Below, piece after piece: positions 46,355 to 59,379 of a DNA stretch of 64,000 nt. Positions within the stretch are counted from its first letter, which is position 1. Every line of letters begins with the position of its first letter. A model generated the notes under the pieces. The model did not search any database. It had not been told where the DNA came from and saw only the letters and a program-made list of their open reading frames with translations. The position numbers and the translations under genes are program-made. Origin of the DNA: Felis catus (Eukaryota); NCBI RefSeq assembly GCF_018350175.1, contig NC_058379.1, positions 15,066,001-15,130,000 on the forward strand, read 5' to 3'.

Positions 46355-46568
46355 TTTTTTTTTTTTAATATTTATTTTTGGGAGACAGAGAGACAGAGTG
46401 CAAGCAGGGGAGGGGCAGAGAGAGAGAGACACACACACAGAATCCGAAGCAGGCTTCAGGCTCCGAGCTATTAGCACAGAGCCCGCCGCGGGGCTCAAAC
46501 CCACAAAGCGAGAATCATGACCTGGGTTGAAGTCAAATGTTCAACCGACTGAGCCACCCGGGTGCTCC
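46355..46568 (-). mobile_element. Can-SINE
   Basis: Complete antisense copy. Confidence 0.93.
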
Positions 46569-47204
46569 CCCCACCCCACGTTTTTTTTAAAGCTGTGTCC
46601 AGTCTCTTGCTAAACAGTCCAATGTCAAACAAGTCAAGTTCATTAATCATGTTGCTTAGATCTTTATACTCCTACCAATTTTTTTGTCTGCTTGTTTTAT
46701 TAGCTCCTGAGAGAGGTTGTTAAAATATTCTACTATTATGGATTTGTCTACTTTTCTTTTTAGATTTTTGATTTGTATATTTTGAAAGTATGCCATTACG
46801 TGCTTATGAATATAAAATTGTTGTATCTTCCTGGTGGATTAACCTTTTTACTGGAGTTTTCCTCTTTATATCTAGTTATGCATCTTGCCTTCAAGTTCAC
46901 TTGATTTGATATTAGTATAACTATATTGCCTTTCTTTTAGTTAGTGTTTTATTTTTTCTCCCTTTTACTTTCAACCTTTTTGTGTCCTTATGTTTAGGGT
47001 GTATCTCATATGAGCAGCATATAACTGTTTCCTTCTGATATAGTCTGACACAGTAGGTCTATTAATTGGAATATTTGGTCTATTTACATGTAATATAATC
47101 ACTGATATATTTGGTTTTATATCTATAATATTACTATTCTTTCTATTTCTACTCCCCTTCCCCCTTTTTAATCTTAATTTGGACCAATCAAAAAAAAACT
47201 TTTA

Positions 47205-47440
47205 TTTTTTTAAATTTTTTTTAATTTTTATTTTTTTTAATGTTTATTTATTTTGGGGACAGAGAGAGACAGAGCATGAACGGGGGAGGGGCAGAGAGAG
47301 AGGGAGACACAGAATCAGAAACAGGCTCCAGGCTCTGAGCCATCAGCCCAGAGCCTGACACGGGGCTCGAACTCCCGGACCGCGAGATCGTGACCTGGCT
47401 GAAGTCGGACGCTTAACCGACTGCGCCACCCAGGCGCCCC
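47205..47440 (-). mobile_element. Can-SINE SINEC_Fc (young)
   Basis: TSD tcaaaaaaaa(a)ctttta; compound T-rich tail. Confidence 0.97.
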
Positions 47441-47684
47441 TCAAAAAAAACTTTTAGATTAAACCAGTTTTTCTTTTATTAACTTATTACTTATACCTTA
47501 TTTTAGTAATTACTCTGGAAATTAAGACATTCCTTCTTTGTTTATTTGAGTCTAATGTAAATTAGTATTTTTACCACTTGCCAGAAATTCTAGGGCTTAT
47601 TATACTCTAATTTATCTTCTTTCTGCCTTTTGTGTTTTTAATTGTATTCACTTAAATGTGCATGCACTTAAGAAACCACAGGAT

Positions 47685-47916
47685 GGGCACCTGGGTGGCT
47701 CAGTTAGTTGAGTGTCCCCACTTTTGATTTTGGCTCAAGTCATGATCCCAGGGTTGTGGGATTGAGCCCTGCATCGGGCTCTGTGCAGAACCTGGAGCCT
47801 GTTTGAGATTCTCCCCCCCCCCCCCCACCTCTCTCTCTCTAGCTCCCTCCCCCTCTCCCTCTGCCCCTTCCCTGCTCATGCTCACTCTCTCTGAAATAAA
47901 TAAAATGGGAAAAAAA
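47685..47916 (+). mobile_element. Can-SINE
   Basis: 'gggcacctgggtggctcagttagttgag...aaataaataaaatgggaaaaaaa'; TSD-like a(a/t)ccacagg. Confidence 0.92.
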
Positions 47917-49799
47917 TCCCACAGGGAATTCTTGTCAATATTTTCCGTATTCATTTAGATTTACCTCATACATATTTTTTCTGGTGATCATTAGTCTTTC
48001 CTACATTTCTGTCTGGGATCATATTCCTTTTGCCTATAGAACCCTCTTTGGTATTGTTTATTTCACTTGTATCTTCTGGTGGCAAATTCTGTCCTTTTTA
48101 ATGTGTTTGAAAATATCTTTATTTCACTTTCCTCCTCGAAGGTTATTTTCAGGATGTGTAGAATTCTAACTTGGACATCATCTCCTTTCATTGCCTTTTT
48201 GCTTCTATCAAGTCCGTTGAGAAGTCAGGTCTCATATCGTTGCTTTCATTCTAGACTGCTTACCTAATACAGCACAAATGGGGGAAAACTGGCACCGTGT
48301 TTTTGGATCACTTCCCATTACTTCCTTTCCTGGGAAGGAATTGTTTTGGACCTTCAACTCCTAGCTGTTCTGACATCCCCAAATACTAGTTTTTGCCTCC
48401 TGCCCTCCTGAAGCATCCTAACCACTCTGATGGCTTCTATGCCTTTTGGCAGCTGCCCTCTGCCCTGCTTCTGAGCTTCTCTCCCCGTGATGCTTAAGAG
48501 TCATCAGTGCCCCAAGGGAAAAGGTGATGTGCCCAATGTCAGGTGCATCTCACTGAACTTCCTTTCTTTCCAGGATTTTTGTACAGCAAGTCTTGGAGGC
48601 ACCCTGGGGCTTTCAAATAGAATTTTTGTGTGTTTGTGTTTGATCTGGCTTTTCTGGTTTTATGTGGTGGGAATGTTGGTCTGCTCTATTACTCCATCAC
48701 AGGTGCACTTGAAGGTTCCATAATTGTTTTCTTCTGAATGCTTTCTCTTACACACTCTGCATTTTATTTATGGTTTCTCTTTTCTGCATGTTGCTTCCCA
48801 AGGCTGCTGGTCTTGCAAAACAGGCTGTGTGTTCAGTTAATTGGTGTCTCCCGTGGTTGTGCAACATGGTGCCCCTGCAGTTTACCCTGTAAAGCCCAGC
48901 ATGACTTGGGCCCTAGCTTACTGTCTCAGTGCCACTTTCTGTCCTGTCACCATTAGGAAATATGCTTACAACCCAGAATGGGCAAGAGAGAGAGATCTTC
49001 TTCAGGGAGGCCTTGCTTAATGCCTCGGCCAGGTGGTTTTAGAGAACTCTCATTAATGCCCTGCATCATTTCTTTTTAGCTCTCCTCACAAATGTAATTT
49101 TCCATTGATTTGTGGGATTGGCTGAGTAATTTATCTTTTCCCCTCCAGAATGTGGTTGGAGCCATGAAGACAGTGACCTTGTCAGTGTCATTTACACGGT
49201 ATCACCAGTGTCCATCATAGTGCCCAATACACATTTACTGAATTAACTTGAAGCTTGTAATGATAGGAGATGAGAAGGAGGGGATGAGAATTAACAGTCA
49301 CTGCAGTTTGACTATTTATCACCTTATTTAGTTTTGACCTTACCTCCTGGAGGCAGACAGTGTTGCTGTCTTGCATTGAGTGAACCATGGCTCAGAAATT
49401 CTGTTATTTTCCTAGAGTCACACCTTTGCTAAGTGCCTGATCTAGAATTCCATCTCAGGACTTACTGGTTCAAAAGGAACCCCGACTCTGGATTGTTAAA
49501 TACTTCTCAGCCTTCCATGCTTTTTGTATTTCTTTACTGACTTTTCAATCTTTATCTGATACTCATAGAATGCTAGGTTATGTCAAGGGCTTTTTTCTGA
49601 AAATATAGGAAAACATCAAGAAGAGAAGCTGACAGTTTTTTTTTTCTGTTACTTCAAAAACAGAATGGCATGCCTTTTATATTTCCCTGGAAAGATTATG
49701 TGGGTCAGTCTAGATTGGTGGGTAAACTTCCCTCAAATGGCCCACTTGAGGAAGAAACATTAATTTGTTTAACTTCAGTTACAAAGAAGTACCTAGAGT

Positions 49800-50090
49800 C
49801 ATAGCAATAACTATTATTTATTGAGCACCTATTGTGTGCTATGCACTACACTGGGCACAACCCATACCTTCTCTTCAATCACTAAAACAGCCCTGGAAGG
49901 TAGTTATTGTTATTTCATATTGTACAGATTTGGAAACTGAGACCCAGAGAAGTAAGGAAACTTGCCTTTACGAAGTTTTAGATCTAGAATTTGAACTCCT
50001 TTGTGGACTTCCATAAAGACTGCTTATCATTACATACGCTGCTCAAGGCATCAAGCCTGGAACACAGAAGGGGCTTAATAAATGTTTGCT
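49800..50090. mobile_element. MIR (minus) and L2 tail
   Basis: 'tttattgagcacctattgtgtgct...acagatttggaaactgagacccagagaagtaagg'; 'gcctggaacacagaaggggcttaataaatgtttg'. Confidence 0.75.
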
Positions 50091-51057
50091 TTTTTTCAGG
50101 TTAGTAATGATATGGTGAGCCTCTGAGGAAAAGGTCACAAAGTGTTATAATGAAGCTTCCTTGTGTCTTGCCAGGGAATGTGAACAGCATCTCCAAACTG
50201 ACCCCTTGGAAAGCCCCAGAGCTTCTGAGTCATGACAGCTTCCAAGTGTCAGGTAAGGATCATATTGGTCTCAACTGCAGGCTGTACTCTGCTATTTGCC
50301 ACCAATATTTTCTGGTTGCAGATGTTATTGATCTGACAGTTTATTTCCCGAGACACATTAGTTCAAACTGATGTGATATGAAAGTCTCATCCTAAGGAAA
50401 TTGGCCTTGTGAACGGTTATCCTCTGGGAAGAGCATGCTGCACTTATGACTTGACTAATATGATGAAGAAGCTGCAAATACAATTAGCGGGCCTGGTTGG
50501 TGATTCTCCAATAATGATGTTTGGGGTGTATTATTGGTTTAGCTGTAATTGAGCTTAAGATGATCTGAAAAGCTCTAAACTGGTGTGAAAGTCATTCACA
50601 GCTTTGGCTCAGTGTAATGTTCATGCACGAGAGTGGGGAGGGGGGCTGCTGATGACATTTGGGTGTGCAGAGACTGGGGGGTGCGTCCCTGGACAACTGT
50701 GGCTTGTCTTTCAAATTCTGTTTTCTTTTAGTCTATCAATAGTAAGATGAAGACTTCTTCATAATCTTCTGCCCACTCCCAAATCCCATCCCCATCCTTA
50801 TCATTTGGAACTTACTACACATTATCTAACTCTTTTCTTTCTCATGCAAGTATAATTTGTCTGGTGTACATTAGAGTCATCTTTATTAGTCAAGATAGTT
50901 AACCTTAGATGCCATAATAGACAAGACCAAGTGGTTGAGCATCACGAAAGTATATTTCTTGGTAAGAGAAAGCCTTGGTCACGGGTTGGGGAAGGCTATC
51001 CTCCATCTGGTGACTCAGGAATCGAGATTCCTTCCCTGCATCATCTCAACATGTATT

Positions 51058-51430
51058 TGTTGGGAGACAATTCTCCCTGGATTTCTTGGGTTCTCAAATG
51101 GTCTTTGTTTAGGAATGATTGAATAGCAAACCAAAGGTAGAGACCTTCTCTCTTCCTGGAGACATCCCAGGGTGAGTAAGTTCTGTCCTCTTCCTGGAAG
51201 ATATTTGCTTATATTCGGAGGTGGTAAACCTAGAGATAAGCTCCATGTGCCAGAGACATTTACTTCCTTTCCAGGGTAAGGAGTAATCTCTCTCCAGAGA
51301 GGAGGATGGGCAGGTTACCAGCAGCTTGATAGAAACTCAGAGTCAAAACTCAGAGTCAAACCCGAAGTTTAGTGTTCTTCTCCAGTGGTGCAGTAATCCA
51401 AGTAGAGCAAGGTCACACTGCCCACTCCAT
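51058..51430 (+). mobile_element. ERV solo LTR (family uncertain) within an MLT1 remnant
   Basis: Begins 'tgttgggagacaattctccctgg'; 'ggcaggttaccagcagcttgataga...gtttagtgttcttctcc'. Confidence 0.55.
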
Positions 51431-52098
51431 GCTGTTATCCAGTGTCATAAATACAAATTCTCCTCTTCTCCCATCCAAACCCCTTTCACAAGGGGCTGTA
51501 ATGGGCGCCAAGTAGTTCCATGTTGCAACAGAGAATTATAATGCAGTTGATGGGTAAAGAAGGGGCCAGTTACAGGTCAGCTAATGGTGAGGGGACCCAC
51601 TTGAGAGTTTCTTCTCTGAGTTATTAGACATTGTTAAAATTAATACTTGGCTGCTCTATGATTATCAATGTAACTCTTCAACAGTGAATGCAGATATAAT
51701 ACTATGCCAAATCCATTATTTAAAGGATGTCTGTATTGAACCATAAAGTGCAAAAGATTTCTTAGTAAGCTCATCCAAGTCCACAAATATTTTTTGTGTG
51801 CCTGTTTCATGCTGGGCACCAGAGCTACACTGCATCTGAATGAGACAATATTGCTGTCTTCGAGAAGTCTATGGCTTAGTGAAGAACTCCTTGTCTCAAC
51901 TACCATGCAGAGTCAAATTTTCTTACATTAGGCTAAGTTAAAGGAATATACATCTGTTATTAAATCTACCCTGATTCCTGCATTTAATGGTTATGGTTAC
52001 CTGCCTAATTTCTGTAAATATTCCTCTACTTTCCAGCTCTGTTCCTCAATCCTCTCCCATTCTATTTACTTGGGCTCTACAAGCTCCTTAATAATTGA

Positions 52099-52289
52099 GG
52101 GGCTAAGGCACCTGGGTGGCTCAATTGGTTAAGCGTCCGACTTCAGCACAGTTCGTGATCTCATGGTTTGTGAGTTTGAGCCCCACATTGGGCTCTCTGC
52201 TGTCAGCACGGAGCCACTTTGGATCTTCTGTCTCCCTCTCCCTGCTCCTTCCCCGCCACTTCAAAAATAAATAAACATTAAAAAAAAAA
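52099..52289 (+). mobile_element. Can-SINE (internally deleted)
   Basis: 'gcacctgggtggctcaattggttaagcgtccgac...aaaaataaataaacattaaaaaaaa'; TSD-like aataa(t/g)t(g/a)..gggg. Confidence 0.92.
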
Positions 52290-52299
52290 TAAGTAGGGG

Positions 52300-53200
52300 G
52301 CATGCATGTCAAGACTTCTTTGGTTGCAAGTGATAGAAACTCAACTCCCAACTGGCTCAAGCCACAAAAGCGGATTTTAATGGGTTCTGTGAGTGAACTG
52401 TCAAAGGGAGCTCTAGGTGCAGCAGGATCCAGAGGCTCAGACGATTTCAGGACTCAGTCTTTCTCTTTCCATTTCTCTTTTATGTTTTCTTCTATGTTGA
52501 CCTTTTCCACATGGTGACCACAGCAGCTCCATTCCACGTTGTCTTTGCAACACTCACCTTGAAGATGAAGAAATTCTCTGTACTTAAGTTTAAAAAAATG
52601 TCTAGGATTGAATCCATCATTCTGATTAGGGGGAGGAGAGTTTTCTGGCCAGATCTAGGCCACAAGTTGTTACGGCAGAATTGTGACTCCCCCAAATTCA
52701 TATGTTGAGATCCTGAGCCCTAGGACCTCTTAAGGTGAATGTATTTGGAGACAGGGCCTTTAAAGAGGTAATTAAGGTTAAAGGAGGTCATATGAGTGGG
52801 CCCTAATCCAGCATGCCTGGAGTCCTCATTAGAAGAGGAAATTATGACACAGACCCACAGAGGGTAGACCCCATGAAGACACAGGGAGAGGAAGTATATC
52901 AGCAAGTCAGGGAGAGAAGTCTCAGGAGAGCTCAGCCCTGCCACTGCCGTGACCTCAGACTTCCAAAACCATGAGAAAGTCTCCGTTGTTAAGCTACCTA
53001 GTCTATGCAGCCCTAGAAAATTCATACAGATTCAGCCTTGAACTCACGGTGGATTTATTTAGTACCCCTTGAACCACGCTAGAGAGGAGGAGTGGTTACT
53101 CAAAGGAAACCCAAAGAACTATTACTACAGGGAAGAATAATGAACATTTGGTAGGGGAAAAAAAAGGATTGTCTACCACTGGGTCAAATTCATAGTTTTT
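52300..53200 (-). mobile_element. Old MLT1 LTR split by an MLT1B-like LTR
   Basis: 'ttggttgcaagtgatagaaactcaactcccaactggctcaagcc...gcagcaggatccagaggctcag'. Confidence 0.6.
52668..53028 (+). mobile_element. MaLR solo LTR, MLT1B-like, full length
   Basis: 'tgttacggcagaattgtgactcccccaaattcatatgttgaga...gtatttggagacagggcctttaaagaggtaattaaggttaaa...gcagccctagaaaattcataca'. Confidence 0.85.
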
Positions 53201-53229
53201 GGACACATGTGATGTGTCAGGCCTTAGGA

Positions 53230-53420
53230 GCACCTCATACCTAACACAACAACCCCATGAGATAGATGCTATTATTTTCCTCATTTTACAGATGAGAAAA
53301 CTGAGGTCCACACAGGCGAAGTGCATTTATCCAAGAACACGCAATTAGCAGGGAACAGAACCAAGATTGATATCCATATTTGTCTAGCTGCAGAACCTCA
53401 GCTTTTTATCACTATGCTGG
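53230..53420 (-). mobile_element. MIR SINE
   Basis: 'acaaccccatgagatagatgctattattttcctcattttacagatgagaaaactgagg'. Confidence 0.8.
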
Positions 53421-55613
53421 AGAGCCAGTGACCACTAGATCCTCCTGCTTTTCTATTTCCAAGACTGAAAAACTCTGGCTTGAGGCATGGGAAGGAAGTA
53501 TGTTAATATGTTAATTAAGGAAAATTCACAGTCTGCAGAATTCACGAGTCCATTTTCGGAACTGTTTCTGATCTGGGTGAGCCTTTGACCCATTCCAGTT
53601 AATTAACATTGCAGAACATGAAGTAATTGCTGTTATTCCTCAAAACTGGGGGCAGAAAAACACCCAGCGGCCTGGGCCCACCCCAGCCCTGACTCCTGAG
53701 GCTAAGGATCAGAACGCCAAAGTCTCACAAGAGGACACGGTCAAGAAATTCCTCAGTTCATCTGCTTCTGCACTCCTGTGTGTTCATGACGTGTTCTGTT
53801 CTGCGATTAGCAAGGCGAGCCTGCTATCTGAATTGGGGGCATAAAGTCTACCGCTGAGTAAGAGATCTGTCCTGAATTTTGCAAATAGGATTTCTAGTTT
53901 GAAATGCAGGCTGATATTTGAATGTTTCATTAGGAAACAGATTCAGAAAGTATCAGACTAATACACGGTCATCGTATTTTTTCCATGTAGTTCTGATAGT
54001 TCTGTTGAAACCAGTGGTGACCCAAACTTGTAAATCCTGCTGGTCTTTGTTAGGACTCCGTGGGTGCAAGAAAGGGCAATCCATTCAAGCCAGTTCACAA
54101 ATAGAATTCAGGGGTCTTTGTCACTGAGTGTCTATCATCTGAGTCCATGAGGTGATGAAGTTGTGTAGAAAAGCAGAAGTTTGTCATTTCATTTTTTTTT
54201 CAATAATTATACAATTTCAGTTATTAACGCTTTTTCAATGATTAAGTTGTCATCCCTCGCCTGAATCCTTTTCTGCCATGGCAGCTTCCTGGTGGTTCAG
54301 TCTCTGTGAAGGACCCCCTGAATTTTGAATGCCCTTGAATGGATTGCTGGTTCTTCCAACCAAGAAATACTGTCAAAGAGAATCAGCCTTTCACCAAATG
54401 TCTGACCCTGGTGCATGTGCAGTGTAATCCAGCAGCAAGTGGTCAATTGAAAATCTTGCCCAAGATGCGGGATTCCTGATCGAAGTGGTGCTGAGACATG
54501 CTTAAAAACAGAAGAATCACAGACGACCCGAGAGAATCAGGTGGTCTTAGAGCCATATTCAGCTGGACCTCCCAGGGTCCACCACACCGGCTGTTGTGGC
54601 CACTGTTCTGGTCGGTTGATGCCTGTATCACACTGGTTATTCAATATTTTGAATATCATATCAACCCCAAAAGAGTTAACAGTTGAAGAAAAAAAAAAAA
54701 AACGACAAGGAAAGTGACTCGGTGAGCACTTCAAAAGAGAAAGATTTAAATATCAAAAGATTCTAGCAGGCCTTAGGAAAAAATTGGTGAAGCCCTTGAA
54801 TATTTTTTAAATGACCTTTTTGCTATCATACTGTGAAAACCAAACCTGAAGTGAAGGATTTTGTCACAAAAATTACACGAAAAAAACTCACTACTTAATA
54901 CATTTTTTGTTCTTCACAAGAATTCATGCATAGTTGAAATGGTAGCCTAAATTTTGTTATGTTGGTAAGCTCAGTTTCGTTTTTCAAGCTAAAGTTCCAA
55001 ATCAAAGCCCTTTTTTCTCCCATGATTTGCTATGAAAATTTGGGCTCAGTATTAAGTGAGTCTTTCTACAGGTCTTCTAAGACCAGGATCGGTTTTCTTC
55101 TGGGGGTGGAGGGCAGGGAGAGTCCCCCCCGTCTCTCATGGAGCTGCACGGTCTTCCCTTCTGCTTCTCGCCATGATGACTCCATTTCCCTGCTTGTTGT
55201 CACATCCGTGTTCCCTGCTCACTCATGGTGTACCTGCTAAGTTAGCCATGTTTTATGCCATGCGTCTTCTTTTCCCAACCATCGGTTATTAGACTGGTGG
55301 TGGCCCACGACGCAGGGGTGGCTGTTCCGTAGCCTGGCCAAGGATGTAGACTTCATAAAAAGGACATGAGGTATACTACTCAGATTCACTCTCAGGAATC
55401 TCTAAGGAATATAGTCAGATTTAGTCAGATACCATGATGACCCGATAGTAAATCGACACAACATAGAATCCCTGAGGTCATGATGGGCCAAATGCAAGCT
55501 TCAGGAGCAAGAGTGAGTCATCCAGCGGGACAAAGGTGATAACTCAGATTCCAGACTCCTCACCTAATGGTCTTCCACCATGTCATGTACACTGGGCAGC
55601 TATTTGTCCTTCT

Positions 55614-56052
55614 TGTGGTAACAGTACCCCACATTTTCTCAATCCATACAATTTGGGTGGAACTGATCCCATCAGATCTAGAGTCATCATGTGACCCAGG
55701 CTCCGGCCAGGCAGCTCATTATGTGCCCTCAGCCATAAGGATTGGTTAAGGGATGGGCACATTGCCCAACTTGGGCCAGTAACATTGAGGAGAAGGACCT
55801 CTGGGTAAAGAGTTAGGGAAAGCACACCCAGCAAGATGTGCACCTGAAGCTGCTTGCAACTCTCTTGTTGAGAAATGAAGCAGCCTGCAGGAGATCAGGC
55901 AGGTCCTGCTGACGATGTTTGAGCTGCTGGATCCTGCCATGCCTGAAACTGGCAAGACTCCCTCAGACTCCCAGCCAGCATTTCTCCTGTTGGCTAAGCT
56001 AGTTTAAATTGGGTTTTATGTCACTTGTTACCAAAACAACCATAGCTGACAC
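55614..56052 (+). mobile_element. MaLR solo LTR (MLT1K-like)
   Basis: 'catgtgacccaggctccggccag...gattggttaagggatgggcac...gtttgagctgctggatcctgccatgcctgaa...gggttttatgtcacttg'. Confidence 0.7.
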
Positions 56053-56580
56053 AACATGCTTATTTGATTATGATAACAGTAATCCCTGGTAACCACTTCA
56101 AGGTACTATTCCAGCTCTCATCGCAACTGATTCTTTCAACAACGCTGTGAGGCACACAGGGCAAGGATCTTGATGAAGATTGATGCCAGGTGTAGGGGGC
56201 TACAGCAATGTTTTCTCGAGCACTTGGAAAGTATAGGGAGTGAAGATTGCTTTTTGAGAGTTACACCGTGAAGTCAATATATTATAGATCGAAGCAGAGC
56301 AATGCAAAGTCATGTTAAAGAGATAGGATGGCTAGGCCTGCAAGACTTGTCTGTCATGTGATTGAACTTATTAACATATTTGAAGAAAGGCTGTGTCCAT
56401 CACGATCTGCCACAGAAGCCTGGAGGACAGAGTTGCAAATGCCAACCTTGAATGCAATCACTACAGCTTGTTTCAGTGGAGAGGGAGTCTTGATCTTTGA
56501 ATATCTCTTGTTCCAGGGGCAAGGCTAGGTTTAGAGAACTGCTTTCAGCTGCAAGTTGTGGAAAATCAGAGTGGTAACTA

Positions 56581-57047
56581 TGGTCAATTAAAGGTGGCTG
56601 AAACTTTCTTTCCATCCTCCCATTAAGAGGCAGGGTCTCTTTCCCCTTGAATCCAGGCTCACCCGGTGACTTGTTTCAAGAAGACGGAATGAAGCAGAAG
56701 TGGTATCGTGTAATTTCCAAATACTCAGCTGTGAAAGATCTGCAGCTTCTACTTGTGCACACTTGCAAGACTCCCTTTTGGAACCCAGCTGCCATGCTGT
56801 GGAAAACCCAAGCCATAGGGAGAGAGGCTGAGCTGTTGGCCGACTGCCAGTCATGCAAATGGGCTGCTTTGAGCATTCCTTCCAGTTGAACCTCCAGATG
56901 ATTGCCGCCACAGTCAGCCCCAAATGGAGTAGAATAGCCACCCTGCTGAGGCTGGTCAACTCACAGAATCACAAGTAATAAATGGTGGTTGTTTTAAGCC
57001 ACTAACTTTTGGGGTGATTTGTAATAGTGCAACAGAGAACTGAAACA
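56581..57047 (+). mobile_element. MaLR solo LTR (MLT1G/H-like) nested in an older antisense MLT1 (56515-57730)
   Basis: 'aaaggtggctgaaactttctttccatcctcccattaagagg...ggaacccagctgccatgctgtgg...ttgttttaagccactaa...aactgaaaca'. Confidence 0.75.
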
Positions 57048-57173
57048 ATAATGGCTTAAGCAATAAAGACATTTAATGAACTTCCTTAATAGAAATTCTG
57101 GATGTAGGAAGTTTCAGTTTTGGTGTAGTAGGTCAACAGCATTGTCAATGATCTCTCTTTCTTCCTTTTTATT

Positions 57174-57398
57174 TATTTTTTTTTAATTTTTTTTTAACGT
57201 TTATTTATTTTTGAGACAGAGACAGACAGAGCATGAAGGGGGGAGGGGCAGAGAGAGAAAGAGACACAGAATCGGAAGCAGGCTCCAGGCTCTGAGCCAT
57301 CAGCCCAGAGCCTGACGCGGGGCTCGAACTCACGGACCGCAAGATCGTGACCTGAGCTGAAGTTGGACGCTTAACTGACTGCGCCACCCAGGCGCCCC
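57174..57398 (-). mobile_element. Can-SINE SINEC_Fc (young)
   Basis: Perfect 14-bp TSD tcttcctttttatt (57160-57173, 57399-57412). Confidence 0.97.
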
Positions 57399-58419
57399 TC
57401 TTCCTTTTTATTCTATAATCCTTAGTAAATTGGCTTTTCATCTTCCTCATGGATACAAGATGGCTGCTGCAGCCCCATATATCACATCCACATTTAAAGC
57501 AGAAAGAGGGGGAAAGAGTTAGTACTTGTGAGCTCTTCTCTTGCCTCTGTACCTTTCACTAAGAAGCCAGATACCTTTCTAGAAGCCCCCCAGATGACTT
57601 ACCATTATGTCTCATTAGCCAGAGTTGATTACCCTTAGTTCCAAGGAAAGTGAATGTATGTTTATCCAATCTCTATAGTGTGAAACAACCATGGGAAGGA
57701 GGTTGACAGTGGCCTTTTGGCAGCAACCAACAATCTTTGCCTCAAGATAGATACAGATATTGTTGCCAGTCGACTTGTGATAGTGATGATTCCATCTGAA
57801 TTATCCTTTCCATGAGATGCTTGTTTCCAGCCATTTCAGTCTATTGCCACTAAAGACTAAATGAATGCATCCATCTCTCCTTGTCTCAATTTTATTCATC
57901 AAGAAACCATATTCTTATTTCCCCAGGCTGGTCTTCTTACCAGGAGAGAAAATACTGGTTGCATAGCTTTTCAGAACCAATCTCTACAATAGTAATCTCT
58001 CTTTGCAAGTGAATACGTTGTCATCTGGTTTATACATCAGTCTCAAAGTGTGGCTAATGTGAGTCTAACCCAGAGGGATGATACCTCTCTCGGTGTGTTG
58101 AAAGAGCCAGGTTTCCATTGTTTGTAAGGATCTGGATACAATCACTTAACCTTCATGCTATCACATGAATCTCTTTGGGAGACAGCTTGATGATGGGGAC
58201 AGCTTCTGATGAGGACACAACTGACACCTGAGCAAAGATATCTGGAATTGTTACAGAGATGAGAACGAATATGGCTGAGTGGTCATTGGTTCTGCTCCCT
58301 ACAGAAACACAGAAACCCTGGTGACTTCAGGCTGATGGCGATGTTGAGCTCACCACCCTGGTTTTATGATTCTATGCTGAATTAAAGCAATCTGTCTCAT
58401 TAGCCCCAAAAGATCAGTG

Positions 58420-58650
58420 TCATGGTTAAGAACATCATCAGCTCCAGTGTGCCTATTAGCTCTACCTCATATCGACTGTGTGACCTTGGGCAAATGTTTT
58501 CCCCTCTTTGAGCCTCAGTTTCTTTATCTGTAAAATGGAGACAATATTCAAGCCTCTACCTTGCAAGGCTGCCACAATAATTGACAGGTGCGATGTATGC
58601 AAAGTGCTTGGCGTAGTATCTGGTTGGACATGGTCCTCACCAAGCAATAG
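58420..58650 (+). mobile_element. MIR SINE
   Basis: 'catggttaagaac...ctgtgtgaccttgggcaaatg...gagcctcagtttctttatctgtaaaatggag'. Confidence 0.85.
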
Positions 58651-58897
58651 CTATTTTTATTTTTACAGATCTTATGTCCAAACCGGAGATTAGAAAACCT
58701 GGTTACACACAGCCATGCTGTCTTCATGCTTAAAGGCCCTTTTCATACACTCAGTAATGGTTCAGGGGGTGACAGTGGTACCTAAACCACCATGGTTGCA
58801 TTGAATTGGATAAAGAAAAGATATGTAAGATGTGCTCCCTAGGCTCAGAGAAGTTCTAATGTGGTTGGAGAGGCAATATATAAAAACATGAAATGGT

Positions 58898-59108
58898 GGG
58901 GCACCTGGGTGGCTCAGTCAGTTAAACCTCTGACTTTGGCTCAGGTCATGATCTCATGGTTCATAGTTCAAGCCCCATGTCGGGCTCTGTGCTGACAGCT
59001 CACAGCCTGGAGCCTGCTTTGGATTCTGTGTCTCCTTCTCACTGCCCTTCCTCTGCTCATACTCTGTCTCTCTCTCACACAAATAAATAAAACATTAAAA
59101 AATTTTTG
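58898..59108 (+). mobile_element. Can-SINE
   Basis: Perfect 18-bp TSD ataaaaacatgaaatggt (58880-58897, 59109-59126). Confidence 0.97.
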
Positions 59109-59379
59109 ATAAAAACATGAAATGGTTAAGTACCATGTGCAACATACCAAGATGAGGGGGTAGCCCTGAGTGCAATAAAGGCTGAATCTGTCTTGCTCGT
59201 CCTGTCGTGGTATAAGTGGAAATAGCAGCAGACTCGGAGTCAGACAGCTTTCCGTGGACACTCCCCACCCCAGGCTTGGTTAGATACCACCCACTGACCT
59301 AGGATATCAGCAGTACTCACCACTGAAATGTAATTGTTCACTTGTTCAGTCTCTCCTGTTAAACTGGGAGCGATGGAGG

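Larger units (their letters stand above)
42374..48900 (-). mobile_element. Long old L1 (L1M-class) remnant with nested younger L1, LTR and SINE insertions
   Basis: Minus-strand ORF 44968-45429 contains ORF2 motifs 'LPKLTQ...IKDIESVINTPTKKSPGPGIFTGEFFQAFKK'; the order 3'UTR to ORF2 to ORF1-like runs left to right. Confidence 0.8.
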
